DNA from: Candidatus Omnitrophota bacterium
Lineage (GTDB): Bacteria > Omnitrophota > Gorgyraeia > Zapsychrales > JANLHA01
Direction of reading: 5' to 3'
DNA length: 64,000 bases
Assembly: GCA_029560465.1 (NCBI GenBank)
Contig: JAKQKX010000016.1
Coordinates: 206,221-270,220, forward strand
In this document: in pieces, positions 7,509 through 17,292 of the stretch
Layout of the letters: each line of letters opens with the position of its first letter
Position numbering within the stretch: the first letter of the stretch is position 1
Notes under the pieces: generated by a model
What the model was told of the DNA's origin: nothing
The model's database searches: none
The model's input: only the letters and a program-made list of their open reading frames with translations
Translations under genes and position numbers: made by a program

Positions 7509-10473
7509 CGCGCGGGAATCCGTTTTGCCCGGAATCTTAAAAAGGACCACGATGCTTTTCTGGGTTTTTATCCTGCCCCAAAGCGTGCTGTTAGCGCTCA
7601 ATTGTTTTTCCTTCTGGATTATCCGGGAGGAAATCCTCCCGCAAAATCTTATGGCGTCCTCGGTGTTGTTCGGCAGCGAAGTGTTCCTGATCGTGTTCCT
7701 TGGGGCTTTGTTTTATTCCTGGAAACGGGGCGGGCGCCGCGAGATCCCATGGACATGGAATTGGTTTTTTCTTTTGTTCCACATCGCCTATTTGTGGTTT
7801 GCGACGTCCGAGATCCCGCATATTATTCCCGGTGCTGTGGAATCCTGGGTTCTTGACCTGGGGCAGGTGATCCTGCAGCAATACACGTTTATGATGCCGG
7901 GATTATTTTATGCGGCGATGCGGCTGGCGTGTTTTGAAACCCGGTTGGACCGGGGGGTTGATATTGGGCGCAGCTTGCTGGTGGCGGTGGCGGCGCCCGC
8001 ATTATGGTATACGGCCATGCTGGGGTTGTCAACGTGCGTCCGGTGGACGTGGGGCTGGTTTCCGCCGGTTGTGGGGATTATTTTTTTCGTCGGGACCACC
8101 CTGGTCACGCTTGTTGCGCTGATCCGGCTGAGCGTGTTCTTTTACGGTTGGTATCAGAAGCGGGACCCTTGGATTCACAACACGGTTATCGCGCTGGTCG
8201 CAGTCGCCGGCCCGTTGGCGGGTTTGCTTTTGAACGCGCATATCCCTTTTCCGGCTGATTTTCAGGCCCCAGGGATATACATTTTAGCGATCTTAAACGG
8301 GCTTGTCTTGCTTGCCCCCTCGCTTTGGGGTGTCCGCGGCAAGGGCTGGCTTCTGTTTTTGCGCGCCTTGGCATATCCTTTTACCGTTTATTTCTTCCTG
8401 GTTTTTCTCCCCTTTCTGCCTTTATCGCTTTTAGCGATTTGCGCTCTGGGCCTGGGTTTTCTTTTCCTGATTCCGTTAACCTTGTTTTTGATTCATACGA
8501 AGATTCTTGTTGAAGACGCCCGGATGTGGTCGGCCCGGCGGGGACGGGCATCGGCTGCGGTTTTGCTTTGCTCCGCCTGTCTGGTTTTGCCGGGTTATTT
8601 GATCCTGGAAGCGGCGTGGGATAAGTCCGCCATTCAGCAGGCGCTGGATTACGTGTATTCTGCCGATTATGAACAACCGCAGCATTTTCAGGGTTCCCTT
8701 TATACGGTCAAGAAAGTTTTAGTCAAGATGAAGCGGGTTAAAGCCGGGGCCCGGATGCCGTATCTTTCCGCTTTTTATAATAAAGTCGTTTTTAACGGCA
8801 TGGTTTTGCCTGATGACAAAATCGAATATATGTACCGGCTTTTTACAGGGGAAGCTGTGCCGGATGTGCAGGCTCCGGCGGCTTTTTTCGGCGGGAGAGG
8901 TCGTTTGCGGTCTTCCCGGGGCGGGGGACAAGGCCGCCGGATACAGCGTAACCGCGAGGTTATATTGTCTTCGTTCAAGAGGTTCAGTGAGGATAAGGAG
9001 TTTACCACCGTCACAAGATTACAGTTGTATATGCAGAACACCGGCGGGGATGATGCGGCGGAATTTTTTCAGGAATGCGAGATCCCCGCTGGTGTTCTGA
9101 TTTCGGATTTCCGCCTGCTTGTGAACAAAGAAGTCGTGCGGGGGCAACTGTTTGAAAAAGAAACCGCCACGTGGGTTTATCATATGATTCGGGACTGGAC
9201 GCGCCGTGATCCGGGGCTCCTTGTTTATGTTTCGCCCACCCGGGTGGAGATGAGTGTCTTCCCGTTTCAGAAAAACGAAATGCGTTACGCCGAATTGGAA
9301 TTGACGTATCCCCGGGGGATGGCCCCGGTCATCAAGATCGGCCAATATCCGATATTTTTGAAAGATAGCCCCGTGCACAATGGGGCGATGCCGATGGCCT
9401 TGACGGGCGGCGATCCCGGCGGGGAGGATTATGCTTTTGTCCTGACGCATCCCGCGTATTCTTCCCTGTTCTTCAGGCGGAAGCCTTACCTGCATTTTAT
9501 CCTTGATTTTTCCGCCGGGTCGGAATTGTCTGCGGATGCCGCCCTGCCGAGGATTCTTGAGGCGGCTTCTGTGTTCCCTGAGGCGGACCTGGTCCATGTC
9601 AGCGCGGTGAATTTTGAAGTTGAGCTCTTGAGTCGGGATTATATTGCTGTCCGCGATAAGGCGCTGATCCGGGCGGCGATAGACGCGGCCCGTCTTCCCC
9701 GCCGGGGGAGCGTGGACCTGTCCCGGGCGATGAAACGGATTTTGTCGCTTTATCAGGCCAAGCGGGCAGCCGGGGTTCCCGAGACATGGCAGCGGTATCC
9801 GGTTTTTGTTGTTATCTCGGATAGGGCAGACCATCTCCTAGGGCCGGACGATATGGCGTTTTATCAGGACCTGGTTCCGGAACAGACCCGGTACTATATT
9901 TCGACCCTGGACCAGGGTTTAAAAGATTACCCCCTTTTCCTTCCCAGCGCGGTTGCCACGGAACAGGTCGTGGTGATTAAACACGGCCCGCACATTTCTT
10001 GGGTCCCGGTTTCCGCGGACCCGCAATGGCGGTTGGCCGCAAGCCTTGGACAAAATCTGAAGGCTGTTTATGAAGTGTATTTCCCCGGGGAAGACATGTT
10101 TGCTCCTTTACAGTCCATGCCCCTCCCTTCCCAGTCGGATTACGCGCAGGATATGGGGCTTTTTATCCGTAACGCCCGTATGATGAAGAACCCCGCCAGG
10201 TTGGCGTCGGGGCTGACGGCGCTGGTGCGGGACAGTAAGTCCAGGCGGGTCATGATCCCATCGACGTCCTATATTGTCGTTGAGCGCAGCTCTCAGTGGA
10301 AAACCTTGACTAAGAAAGAGGGGCAGAAAATGGCCAGCGCGCCGGGGTTGGAATTTGAAGAGGATTTTGATACTCCGGCGCCTTCGATGTGGCTGGTTGG
10401 AGGACTGTTTCTCCTGTGGTTGTGCCGGCGGCAGCGAAGACCGGGCCGTTTCCTGGCCCCGTCTGTCCGTTAG
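7498..10473 (+). CDS. MSEP-CTERM-like sorting-domain protein (multi-TM N-terminus, VIT-like domain, C-terminal sorting signal)
   Basis: About 10 N-terminal TMs; VIT-like segment (RRDPGLL...VFPFQKNEMR); TSYIVVE...QWKTL motif; C-terminal TPAP + hydrophobic helix + RRQRR; adjacent exosortase. Confidence 0.8.
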   Translation: MENDARESVLPGILKRTTMLFWVFILPQSVLLALNCFSFWIIREEILPQNLMASSVLFGSEVFLIVFLGALFYSWKRGGRREIPWTWNWFFLLFHIAYLWFATSEIPHIIPGAVESWVLDLGQVILQQYTFMMPGLFYAAMRLACFETRLDRGVDIGRSLLVAVAAPALWYTAMLGLSTCVRWTWGWFPPVVGIIFFVGTTLVTLVALIRLSVFFYGWYQKRDPWIHNTVIALVAVAGPLAGLLLNAHIPFPADFQAPGIYILAILNGLVLLAPSLWGVRGKGWLLFLRALAYPFTVYFFLVFLPFLPLSLLAICALGLGFLFLIPLTLFLIHTKILVEDARMWSARRGRASAAVLLCSACLVLPGYLILEAAWDKSAIQQALDYVYSADYEQPQHFQGSLYTVKKVLVKMKRVKAGARMPYLSAFYNKVVFNGMVLPDDKIEYMYRLFTGEAVPDVQAPAAFFGGRGRLRSSRGGGQGRRIQRNREVILSSFKRFSEDKEFTTVTRLQLYMQNTGGDDAAEFFQECEIPAGVLISDFRLLVNKEVVRGQLFEKETATWVYHMIRDWTRRDPGLLVYVSPTRVEMSVFPFQKNEMRYAELELTYPRGMAPVIKIGQYPIFLKDSPVHNGAMPMALTGGDPGGEDYAFVLTHPAYSSLFFRRKPYLHFILDFSAGSELSADAALPRILEAASVFPEADLVHVSAVNFEVELLSRDYIAVRDKALIRAAIDAARLPRRGSVDLSRAMKRILSLYQAKRAAGVPETWQRYPVFVVISDRADHLLGPDDMAFYQDLVPEQTRYYISTLDQGLKDYPLFLPSAVATEQVVVIKHGPHISWVPVSADPQWRLAASLGQNLKAVYEVYFPGEDMFAPLQSMPLPSQSDYAQDMGLFIRNARMMKNPARLASGLTALVRDSKSRRVMIPSTSYIVVERSSQWKTLTKKEGQKMASAPGLEFEEDFDTPAPSMWLVGGLFLLWLCRRQRRPGRFLAPSVR

Positions 10474-10506
10474 GCCCGCCGGCTGTATGATCAGCTTTGT
10501 TTTTAA

Positions 10507-10535
10507 TGGCAAAGTTGTTTAGTTTCTGTTAAGAT
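10507..10535 (+). promoter_or_regulatory. Putative extended -10 promoter for the TPR-SPOR/miaA/hflX operon
   Basis: TGGCAA (10507-10512) - 17 nt - TAAGAT (10530-10535) with TGn immediately upstream of the -10. Confidence 0.4.
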
Positions 10536-10542
10536 AATCGCC

Positions 10543-11319
10543 ATGAAGCGATTCTCTCCGTATTGGTTTCGTTGCATTTTGCCTTTAGGGATCTTTTGGA
10601 TGGTGGTATGCGGCTTTTCTTCCGTCACCTTGGAGGACATTGAGACCGCGGTGATTGAGAGGGAGTACGCGAAGGCAAAATCTTTGGCCCAGAAATTCCT
10701 GGATGCGGGGCCCGGACTCGCCCAGAAAAACGAGGCCATGTATTTTTTAGGGTTAAGCGAGCTTTTTCTGGGGGAACCCGAGAGCGCCCGGGAAATATTT
10801 GTGAGGGTCTTGAATAATAATCCCAATCCCCATTTGAAAGGCCGGGTCCTGATTGGCGAAATCGATGCGTATTCTTTTCAGGATAAATATGAAGTGGCGC
10901 TGCATAAAGCTGAGGCGTTGTTGCGCGATAAACCCGACAGAGGGATGGAAGGGCTCATTTATTTGAAAATCGCCCGGGCGAATTTGAGGTTGGGCCGCTG
11001 GGAGGATTCCCGCCGGGCCCTGAATAAGATCATTGCCCTGGGTCCTGACAGCCTGGAAGCCGTTACCGCCCGGCAGCTTTTGGAGGAAAAACAATTTTTT
11101 TCCGTGCAGTGCGGATCTTTCCTGCAGAGGTCCCATGCCGAGAATCTGGTTGCGGAACTTAAAGATCGGGGAGAATACGCGTATATCGTTGAAACGGTTG
11201 ACAAAAACGGGACCGGCTTTTACCGTGTGCGGGTCGGGCGCTTGACAACGCTTCTTGAAGCAAAAAATTTAAAAACGAAACTGGCCAATTGGGGTTATCC
11301 TACCTTAATCTATCCCTAG
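10543..11319 (+). CDS. TPR-repeat and SPOR-domain periplasmic protein
   Basis: N-terminal hydrophobic signal, TPR-like helices, C-terminal SPOR (FSVQCGSF...AENLVAELK...YRVRVG). Confidence 0.85.
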   Translation: MKRFSPYWFRCILPLGIFWMVVCGFSSVTLEDIETAVIEREYAKAKSLAQKFLDAGPGLAQKNEAMYFLGLSELFLGEPESAREIFVRVLNNNPNPHLKGRVLIGEIDAYSFQDKYEVALHKAEALLRDKPDRGMEGLIYLKIARANLRLGRWEDSRRALNKIIALGPDSLEAVTARQLLEEKQFFSVQCGSFLQRSHAENLVAELKDRGEYAYIVETVDKNGTGFYRVRVGRLTTLLEAKNLKTKLANWGYPTLIYP

Positions 11320-11320
11320 C

Positions 11321-12262
11321 ATGCCGCATAAGCGCATTATTTTTATCGTCGGCCCGACCGCGGTCGGAAAAACAGAGGTGGCCTGTTTGCTGGCACAACA
11401 GCTGGACGCGGAAATTGTGTCTTGTGACGCCATGCAGGTTTACCGGGATGTGGATATCGCCACGAACAAGCCTTCCTGGGATATCTTAAATCGGGTGCGT
11501 CATCATCTCATTGATATCCGGGACGTTGAGGAAGAGTTTGACGTCGCTGCTTTTGAAGACCTGGCGTTGCGGTCGATCCGGGAGATTCAGGCCCGGCAGA
11601 AAACGGCCCTTGTCACTGGCGGCAGCGGAATGTACATGCAGATTCTTTTAGACGGTATTTTTGAGGGGGCGCCTAAGCAACAACACGTGCGGGATGAATT
11701 GTGGCAGCGGGTCGAAGCCGAAGGGGCCGGCGCGCTTGTGAAAGAACTTGAGGCCCGGGATCCGGCTGCGGCGCAGAAAATTCATCCGCATGATGTCCGA
11801 AGGCTTGTCCGTGCGTTGGAGATTTGCCGCTCCACGGAGAAGCCGTTTTCACAACTTAAAAAAGAACGGCAGGGGCTCTGGGGGCGCTATGATATGACGC
11901 TGGTCGCGCTCAACCGCCAGAGGGAAGAATTATATGCCCGTATCGATGCCCGGGTGGAGAAGATGTTTGAGGACGGCCTTGTGGAGGAAATCCGCCGCCT
12001 TCTGCGCCGCCCTTTAAGTATAACGGCTGGGCGGATTATTGGTGTCAGCGAAGTGGCGGGTTGCTTAAACCAAGATTATGACGAAAATCATGCCCGGTAT
12101 TTAATGAAATTGCACACCCGGCATTACGCGAAACGGCAGCTCACATGGTTTCGCAAGGAGGCGCGGCTTCGCTGGGTCGATATCCAGAAGGAGATGACGG
12201 CGGATGATGTGGCTGAGCATATCAGGGCGAACGTTTTCCAGCCCGGCGGGCAGGAGCGTTAG
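11321..12262 (+). CDS. miaA: tRNA dimethylallyltransferase
   Basis: GPTAVGKT, DAMQVYR, TNKP, GGSGMY, YAKRQLTWFR motifs. Confidence 0.97.
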   Translation: MPHKRIIFIVGPTAVGKTEVACLLAQQLDAEIVSCDAMQVYRDVDIATNKPSWDILNRVRHHLIDIRDVEEEFDVAAFEDLALRSIREIQARQKTALVTGGSGMYMQILLDGIFEGAPKQQHVRDELWQRVEAEGAGALVKELEARDPAAAQKIHPHDVRRLVRALEICRSTEKPFSQLKKERQGLWGRYDMTLVALNRQREELYARIDARVEKMFEDGLVEEIRRLLRRPLSITAGRIIGVSEVAGCLNQDYDENHARYLMKLHTRHYAKRQLTWFRKEARLRWVDIQKEMTADDVAEHIRANVFQPGGQER

Positions 12263-12293
12263 GATTGAACCTTTAAGATAGGACTATTAAAAT

Positions 12294-13565
12294 ATGGTGG
12301 GCGAAAAAGAAAAAGTTTTTTTGGTGGTTATAGATTATGAGTTGACTCGCGGTTGGCAGATTGACGAGGTCGCGCGGGAAATGGAAGAGCTGGTCCTGGC
12401 CTGTTACGGGGATGTGGTGGAAACCTTGATCTGCAGGCTGGAGAAGCCGACGGCGGCTTATTTCCTTGGAAAGGGGAAAGTCCAGGAGTTGGCCGCGCTT
12501 TGCGCCCAGCTTGAGGTGGATACCATGGTGTTCAGCCATGACTTGAAAGGGAGTCAGCAGCGTAACCTGGAGGAAATTCTTAAAGTCAAAACGATCGACC
12601 GCACCCAGTTGATCCTGGATATTTTCGTGCGTCACGCCACAAGCCAGGAAGGGAAGATGCAGGTTGAGCTGGCGCAGCTGGAATATCTTCTCCCGCGTCT
12701 CGTCGGGAAAGGGATCGCGCTTTCCCGGCTGGGCGGCGGCATCGGGACCCTGGGGCCGGGGGAAACCAAGCTGGAAGTGGACCGCCGTCGTATCGGGGAG
12801 CGGATTGCCAAACTGAAGAAAAATTTGAAAGAACTGTCATTCAGCCGCGCGACCAAAAGGAAGAAGCGTCATGATTTGTCTTTGCCGCTCATATCGCTTG
12901 TGGGCTATACCAACGCCGGGAAATCGACGCTGTTGAACCGCTTGACCGGCGCTGAGCAGTTGGTCCGAGACGGGCTGTTCACGACGTTGGATTCGTTGTC
13001 CCGGCAATGTGTCTTGCCCAACCGTCAGAAAGTGATCTTGTCTGATACAGTGGGGTTTATGCATAATTTGCCGCACAATTTGATTGAAGCTTTCAAAGCC
13101 ACTCTTGAAGAAGTGGTCTTTGCCGATATGCTCCTTTTGGTCCTGGATGTCAGCGATGTCCATTTCCGGAACCGGCACAACGCTGTTTTAGAGGTGTTAA
13201 AAGAGCTGGGGGCGGACCAGAAGTTGATTATAACTGTTTTAAACAAGATCGACCTCATTGATGACCGGGCTTGGTTGAGCGAGCTGAAAAGCATTTGCCA
13301 GCATCCTGTCGCGATTTCGGCCGGGACCGGAGAACAGGTGGAGGAATTGTTGAGGACAATTCAGCGGTTGCTCGGAGAGTTTGTCACGGAGGTGGACGTG
13401 ACCCTGCCGATATCCCGGATGGACCTTGTTCATCGCGCTTATTCTGAAGGCCAGGTTTCTGCGGTGAAATATTATAATGAGGCCATTTATCTGCGCGCAT
13501 CGGTTCCTTCTAAAACAGCTTCCTTTTATTATAACGGTCAAATTTCCAAGCCAGAAGAATCGTAA
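12294..13565 (+). CDS. hflX: GTPase HflX
   Basis: GPGETKLEVDRR, GYTNAGKS, DTVGF, NKID motifs. Confidence 0.97.
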   Translation: MVGEKEKVFLVVIDYELTRGWQIDEVAREMEELVLACYGDVVETLICRLEKPTAAYFLGKGKVQELAALCAQLEVDTMVFSHDLKGSQQRNLEEILKVKTIDRTQLILDIFVRHATSQEGKMQVELAQLEYLLPRLVGKGIALSRLGGGIGTLGPGETKLEVDRRRIGERIAKLKKNLKELSFSRATKRKKRHDLSLPLISLVGYTNAGKSTLLNRLTGAEQLVRDGLFTTLDSLSRQCVLPNRQKVILSDTVGFMHNLPHNLIEAFKATLEEVVFADMLLLVLDVSDVHFRNRHNAVLEVLKELGADQKLIITVLNKIDLIDDRAWLSELKSICQHPVAISAGTGEQVEELLRTIQRLLGEFVTEVDVTLPISRMDLVHRAYSEGQVSAVKYYNEAIYLRASVPSKTASFYYNGQISKPEES

Positions 13566-13626
13566 TGTTTTGTGAGTCAATGATTTCCGAATGGTTAGAT
13601 AATCTAACTAGAATAATTAGAAATAC

Positions 13627-13655
13627 TTGACAACACGGTTAGATTGTGTTATATT
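13627..13655 (+). promoter_or_regulatory. Sigma70-type promoter of the HspR-like gene
   Basis: TTGACA (13627-13632) - 17 nt - TATATT (13650-13655) with extended TGn. Confidence 0.75.
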
Positions 13656-13683
13656 TTCCGTGAGATTAGGGAGAGATATAAAA

Positions 13684-13959
13684 ATGGATGAACCATATCC
13701 AGACAATTTTGATATTGAAATTAATCCAACCGAACCTTTATTCGTCATTAGCGTTGTCAGTGAAATGGTTCACATTCCCATCTGGACATTGAGGAAACTG
13801 GATGAAAAAGGAATTGTTTGCCCGGAGAGAATCGGTAAGAAAACCCGCTGTTATTCCAAGGAGCAGATCAAGAAATTGAATTATATCCGTTATTTGTTAT
13901 TTATCAAAAAAGTTAATATCAGTGGCATACGGATTATTTTAAATTTGGAAGAAGAGTAA
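13684..13959 (+). CDS. MerR-family regulator, HspR-like (91 aa)
   Basis: PLFVISVVSEM...TLRKLDEKGIVCPER...YS...VNISGIRIILNLE resembles the HspR HTH; ATG 13684 follows GGGAG; upstream of hsp20 and clpB. Confidence 0.75.
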   Translation: MDEPYPDNFDIEINPTEPLFVISVVSEMVHIPIWTLRKLDEKGIVCPERIGKKTRCYSKEQIKKLNYIRYLLFIKKVNISGIRIILNLEEE

Positions 13960-13976
13960 TTTTTTTTATTCTAAAG

Positions 13977-14003
13977 ATAGCAGTCTTAGGCAGAGTCTGC
14001 TAA
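13977..14003. promoter_or_regulatory. CIRCE-like element upstream of hsp20-clpB
   Basis: ATAGCAGTC-N9-GTCTGCTAA versus consensus TTAGCACTC-N9-GAGTGCTAA; correct spacing, 14/18 matches. Confidence 0.7.
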
Positions 14004-14030
14004 AACGGAAAACAACAAAAGGAGGGTTTT

Positions 14031-14474
14031 ATGTCACTCATAAAATGGAAAAGAGCAGAATCAGATATGTGGAATGATGTTTTTGATTTGCAGCATCCGT
14101 TTCTGGGGTTGTCTCTTCTCCCTTTAATAGGGGAAGGCGGCGGCCCCCGGGTATTTTTCCCGGCCTTTGATGTTACGGATAACAAGGAACAATTCGTTGT
14201 TAAAGCGGATGTCCCGGGCTTGAAGAAAGAGGATATCCAGATTCATCTGGACCGGAATATTTTGACGGTCCGGGGAGAACGAAGACAGGAACCGGATAAA
14301 GAGGATGGGGGCTACCGGAGGATCGAGCGTTCTTCCGGGGCCTTTGAGCGTAGCGTTGTTTTTGATTCCAAGATCGATGCCGCGGGAGCGACAGCGAAGT
14401 ATCAGGATGGGGTGCTTGAGATCGTCCTCCCGAGAACGAAAGGATCAGAAGCGCAGCGCATTGAAATTAAGTAA
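14031..14474 (+). CDS. Small heat shock protein, Hsp20/alpha-crystallin family
   Basis: ADVPGLKKEDI, LTVRGER, ERSSGAFERS, AKYQDGVLEI motifs; SD GGAGG. Confidence 0.95.
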   Translation: MSLIKWKRAESDMWNDVFDLQHPFLGLSLLPLIGEGGGPRVFFPAFDVTDNKEQFVVKADVPGLKKEDIQIHLDRNILTVRGERRQEPDKEDGGYRRIERSSGAFERSVVFDSKIDAAGATAKYQDGVLEIVLPRTKGSEAQRIEIK

Positions 14475-14498
14475 TAATGGCGTATGGGACACTGGGGG

Positions 14499-14525
14499 CA
14501 GGGGAATGGCTGGGCCATTCCCCTG
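14499..14525 (+). other. Intergenic RNA hairpin between hsp20 and clpB
   Basis: Perfect 12-bp stem CAGGGGAATGGC-tgg-GCCATTCCCCTG with no U-tract. Confidence 0.6.
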
Positions 14526-14579
14526 TAGCTCAATCGCATATTTAATAAAATAGAATTTCTTTAAAGAAAAGAGGCGGCC

Positions 14580-17183
14580 ATGTTGCCTTTCAACAAATTT
14601 ACGAATAAAAGTCAGGAAACTCTGCAGAAAGCCGTTGAGCTGGCCGGGGAACTCCAGCATCAGCAGGTCGATGCGGAGCATGTGATTTTGTCGCTTTTGC
14701 AGGATAAGGCCGGAGTCGTTCCTGCGATCTTGGGGCGGTTGAGCGTCTCGGCGGAATCCGTGTCTTCTGTCTGTGAAAGGGAATTGAGTAAAAAGCCTCG
14801 GGTGGAGGGGCCGCCGCCTTTTTTATCGCCGGAGATAACGAAGCTCCTGTCCCAGGCCGTTAAGGTTGCGGGGCAGATGAAAGATGAGTACGCTTCCCAG
14901 GAGCATATGTTACTCGTCCTGTACCGGGAAGGAAAGAACTCCCTCGGCCGGGAATTAAGGAAACACGGCGTGTCCGAAGAGGATCTCTTGCGCATTCTCC
15001 GGGAAATCCGGGGGGGGCAGCAGGTCACGGATGCCAACGCGGAGGAGAAGTACCAGGCTTTGGAGCGCTATGGCCGGGATTTAACGGCTTTGGCGGGGGA
15101 GAGAAAGCTGGACCCGGTGATCGGGCGTGACGCTGAAATACGGCGGGTGATCCAAGTTTTGTCCCGGAGAACCAAGAATAATCCTGTCCTCATCGGCGAA
15201 CCGGGGGTCGGCAAGACCGCTATCGCCGAAGGCCTCGCCCAGCGGATTTTTTCCGGGGACGTGTCAGAGGGGTTAAAAAACAAAAAAGTTGTCGCCCTCG
15301 ACATGGGGGCGCTGGTCGCGGGGGCTAAATACCGGGGAGAATTTGAGGACAGGTTGAAAGCCGTGCTGAAAGATGTGGAAAACCGTGACGGCGATGTGAT
15401 CCTTTTTATTGACGAACTTCATACGATTGTCGGGACCGGGAAGGCGGAAGGCGCGCTGGATGCCTCCAATCTGTTAAAGCCCGCTTTGGCCCGTGGAACT
15501 TTGCGGTGCGTCGGGGCGACCACCCTGGATGAATACCGCACATATATTGAGAAAGACGCCGCTCTGGAGAGGCGATTCCAGCCGGTGATTGTCAGTGAGC
15601 CGTCTGTGGAAGACACGATCGCGATCCTGCGGGGGCTTAAAGATCGCTATGAAGTCCATCATGGCGTCCGCATCCAGGACGCGGCTTTAATCGCAGCCGC
15701 GACGTTATCCCAACGGTATATTACGGAGCGGTTTTTGCCGGACAAAGCCATTGACCTTATTGACGAGGCCGCTTCGCGGCTGCGTATTGAAATCGACAGC
15801 ATGCCTCAGGAGCTTGACGTCAATGAGCGCCGGATCCGGCAGTTGGAAATAGAACGGCAGGCGTTAAAAAAAGAAAAGGACGAAGCGTCGGTCAAGCGCC
15901 TGCGGGCGCTTGAAGCGGACCTGGAAGGGCTTAAAGAGGAGAATAAAAAGTTGCGGTTACGCTGGGAAGCCGAGAAAGAATCCATTCATAAAATTCAGTC
16001 GATCAAAGCGGAGATTGACCGGCAGAAGAGCGAGGAAAGCCGTTTTGAGAAAGAAGGGAACTTTGGGAAAGTCGCGGAGATCCGTTATGGAATCATAGTG
16101 GATTTGGAAAAGAAACTTCAGGGAGAAAATCAGTCGCTCTCTGTCCTGCAGGCCAGCGGCGCTCTTTTAAAAGAAGAGGTTGATGATCAGGACATCGCGG
16201 AAATTGTGTCGCATTGGACAAAAATACCGCTGTCCAAGCTGATGGAGGGGGAGACGGAGAAATTGGTTCACATGGAAGCGTGCCTGAAGTCCAGGATCGT
16301 GGGGCAGGAGCAGGCTGTGGATTTGGTCGCGGCCGCCATCCGCCGCTCACGGACGGGGCTCAGCGATCCGCATCGCCCGATCGGCTCGTTTATTTTTGTG
16401 GGGCCGACAGGAGTCGGGAAAACCGAGCTGGCCAAATCGCTGGCTTGGTTTTTGTTCGACGACCCGGAAGCGTTGATCCGGATCGACATGAGCGAATACA
16501 TGGAGAAGCACAGTGTGTCCCGGTTGATCGGGGCGCCTCCGGGTTATATCGGCTACGATGAGGGGGGGCAACTCACGGAGGCGGTTCGGCGGCGGCCATA
16601 TACGGTCGTGCTTTTTGACGAGATTGAAAAAGCCCACCACGACGTTTTTAACGCCTTGCTGCAGATTCTGGATGACGGGCGATTGACCGATGGCCAAGGC
16701 CGGGTTGTCAATTTCAGGAACACGATTATTATCATGACATCCAATATCGGGGCGGAGGTTTTTGCCGACAACACAAGTGACGCGCGCGTTGAGGCCCGTA
16801 TTAACGACGCGCTTAAAGGGGTCTTCCGCCCGGAATTTTTGAATCGCGTCGATGAGAAAATTATCTTCAACCGTCTTAAGGAGGAGGATATCCGGCAGAT
16901 TGTTGATATCCAGGTCAGCATTTTGAAGGACAGGTTGGCGCAGAAAAATATGGCGCTTTCCATTACTCCGGAAGCCCTGTCATGGCTCGGCCAAAAGGGG
17001 TATGATCCGGTTTATGGAGCCAGGCCGTTAAAGAGGGTGGTTCAAAAATACGTCCAGGACCCCGTGGCCCTCATGATCCTTCAAGGGGAACTTCGGGAGG
17101 GAGACGGGGTGAACGTGGATGTTTCCAGGGACCAGAAGGGCGCTCTGCTGGTCAAGAAATCTTCCCCCGATTCTGGAATATAA
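14580..17183 (+). CDS. clpB: ATP-dependent chaperone ClpB
   Basis: Two AAA+ modules ([16 protein letters not shown]), long coiled-coil M domain, GARPLKR. Confidence 0.97.
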   Translation: MLPFNKFTNKSQETLQKAVELAGELQHQQVDAEHVILSLLQDKAGVVPAILGRLSVSAESVSSVCERELSKKPRVEGPPPFLSPEITKLLSQAVKVAGQMKDEYASQEHMLLVLYREGKNSLGRELRKHGVSEEDLLRILREIRGGQQVTDANAEEKYQALERYGRDLTALAGERKLDPVIGRDAEIRRVIQVLSRRTKNNPVLIGEPGVGKTAIAEGLAQRIFSGDVSEGLKNKKVVALDMGALVAGAKYRGEFEDRLKAVLKDVENRDGDVILFIDELHTIVGTGKAEGALDASNLLKPALARGTLRCVGATTLDEYRTYIEKDAALERRFQPVIVSEPSVEDTIAILRGLKDRYEVHHGVRIQDAALIAAATLSQRYITERFLPDKAIDLIDEAASRLRIEIDSMPQELDVNERRIRQLEIERQALKKEKDEASVKRLRALEADLEGLKEENKKLRLRWEAEKESIHKIQSIKAEIDRQKSEESRFEKEGNFGKVAEIRYGIIVDLEKKLQGENQSLSVLQASGALLKEEVDDQDIAEIVSHWTKIPLSKLMEGETEKLVHMEACLKSRIVGQEQAVDLVAAAIRRSRTGLSDPHRPIGSFIFVGPTGVGKTELAKSLAWFLFDDPEALIRIDMSEYMEKHSVSRLIGAPPGYIGYDEGGQLTEAVRRRPYTVVLFDEIEKAHHDVFNALLQILDDGRLTDGQGRVVNFRNTIIIMTSNIGAEVFADNTSDARVEARINDALKGVFRPEFLNRVDEKIIFNRLKEEDIRQIVDIQVSILKDRLAQKNMALSITPEALSWLGQKGYDPVYGARPLKRVVQKYVQDPVALMILQGELREGDGVNVDVSRDQKGALLVKKSSPDSGI

Positions 17184-17292
17184 TAATTGAGAAATTATAA
17201 TGATTTGATAGAATAGGAATACTCTTGGGTGTCCCTTGGAATGGTGAACGGACGGTAGGTTGCGGTGGCTTAACAGATTAAAAGGATCGAAT

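Noticed and set aside
13571-13592. Possible HAIR (HspR) operator TGTGAGT-caatgat-TTCCGAA
   Set aside because: Only the left half resembles CTTGAGT; the right half does not match ACTCAAG.
13627-13683. ORF-track TTG start at 13627 for the MerR protein
   Set aside because: That TTG is the -35 box; ATG 13684 has an SD and fits the family length better.
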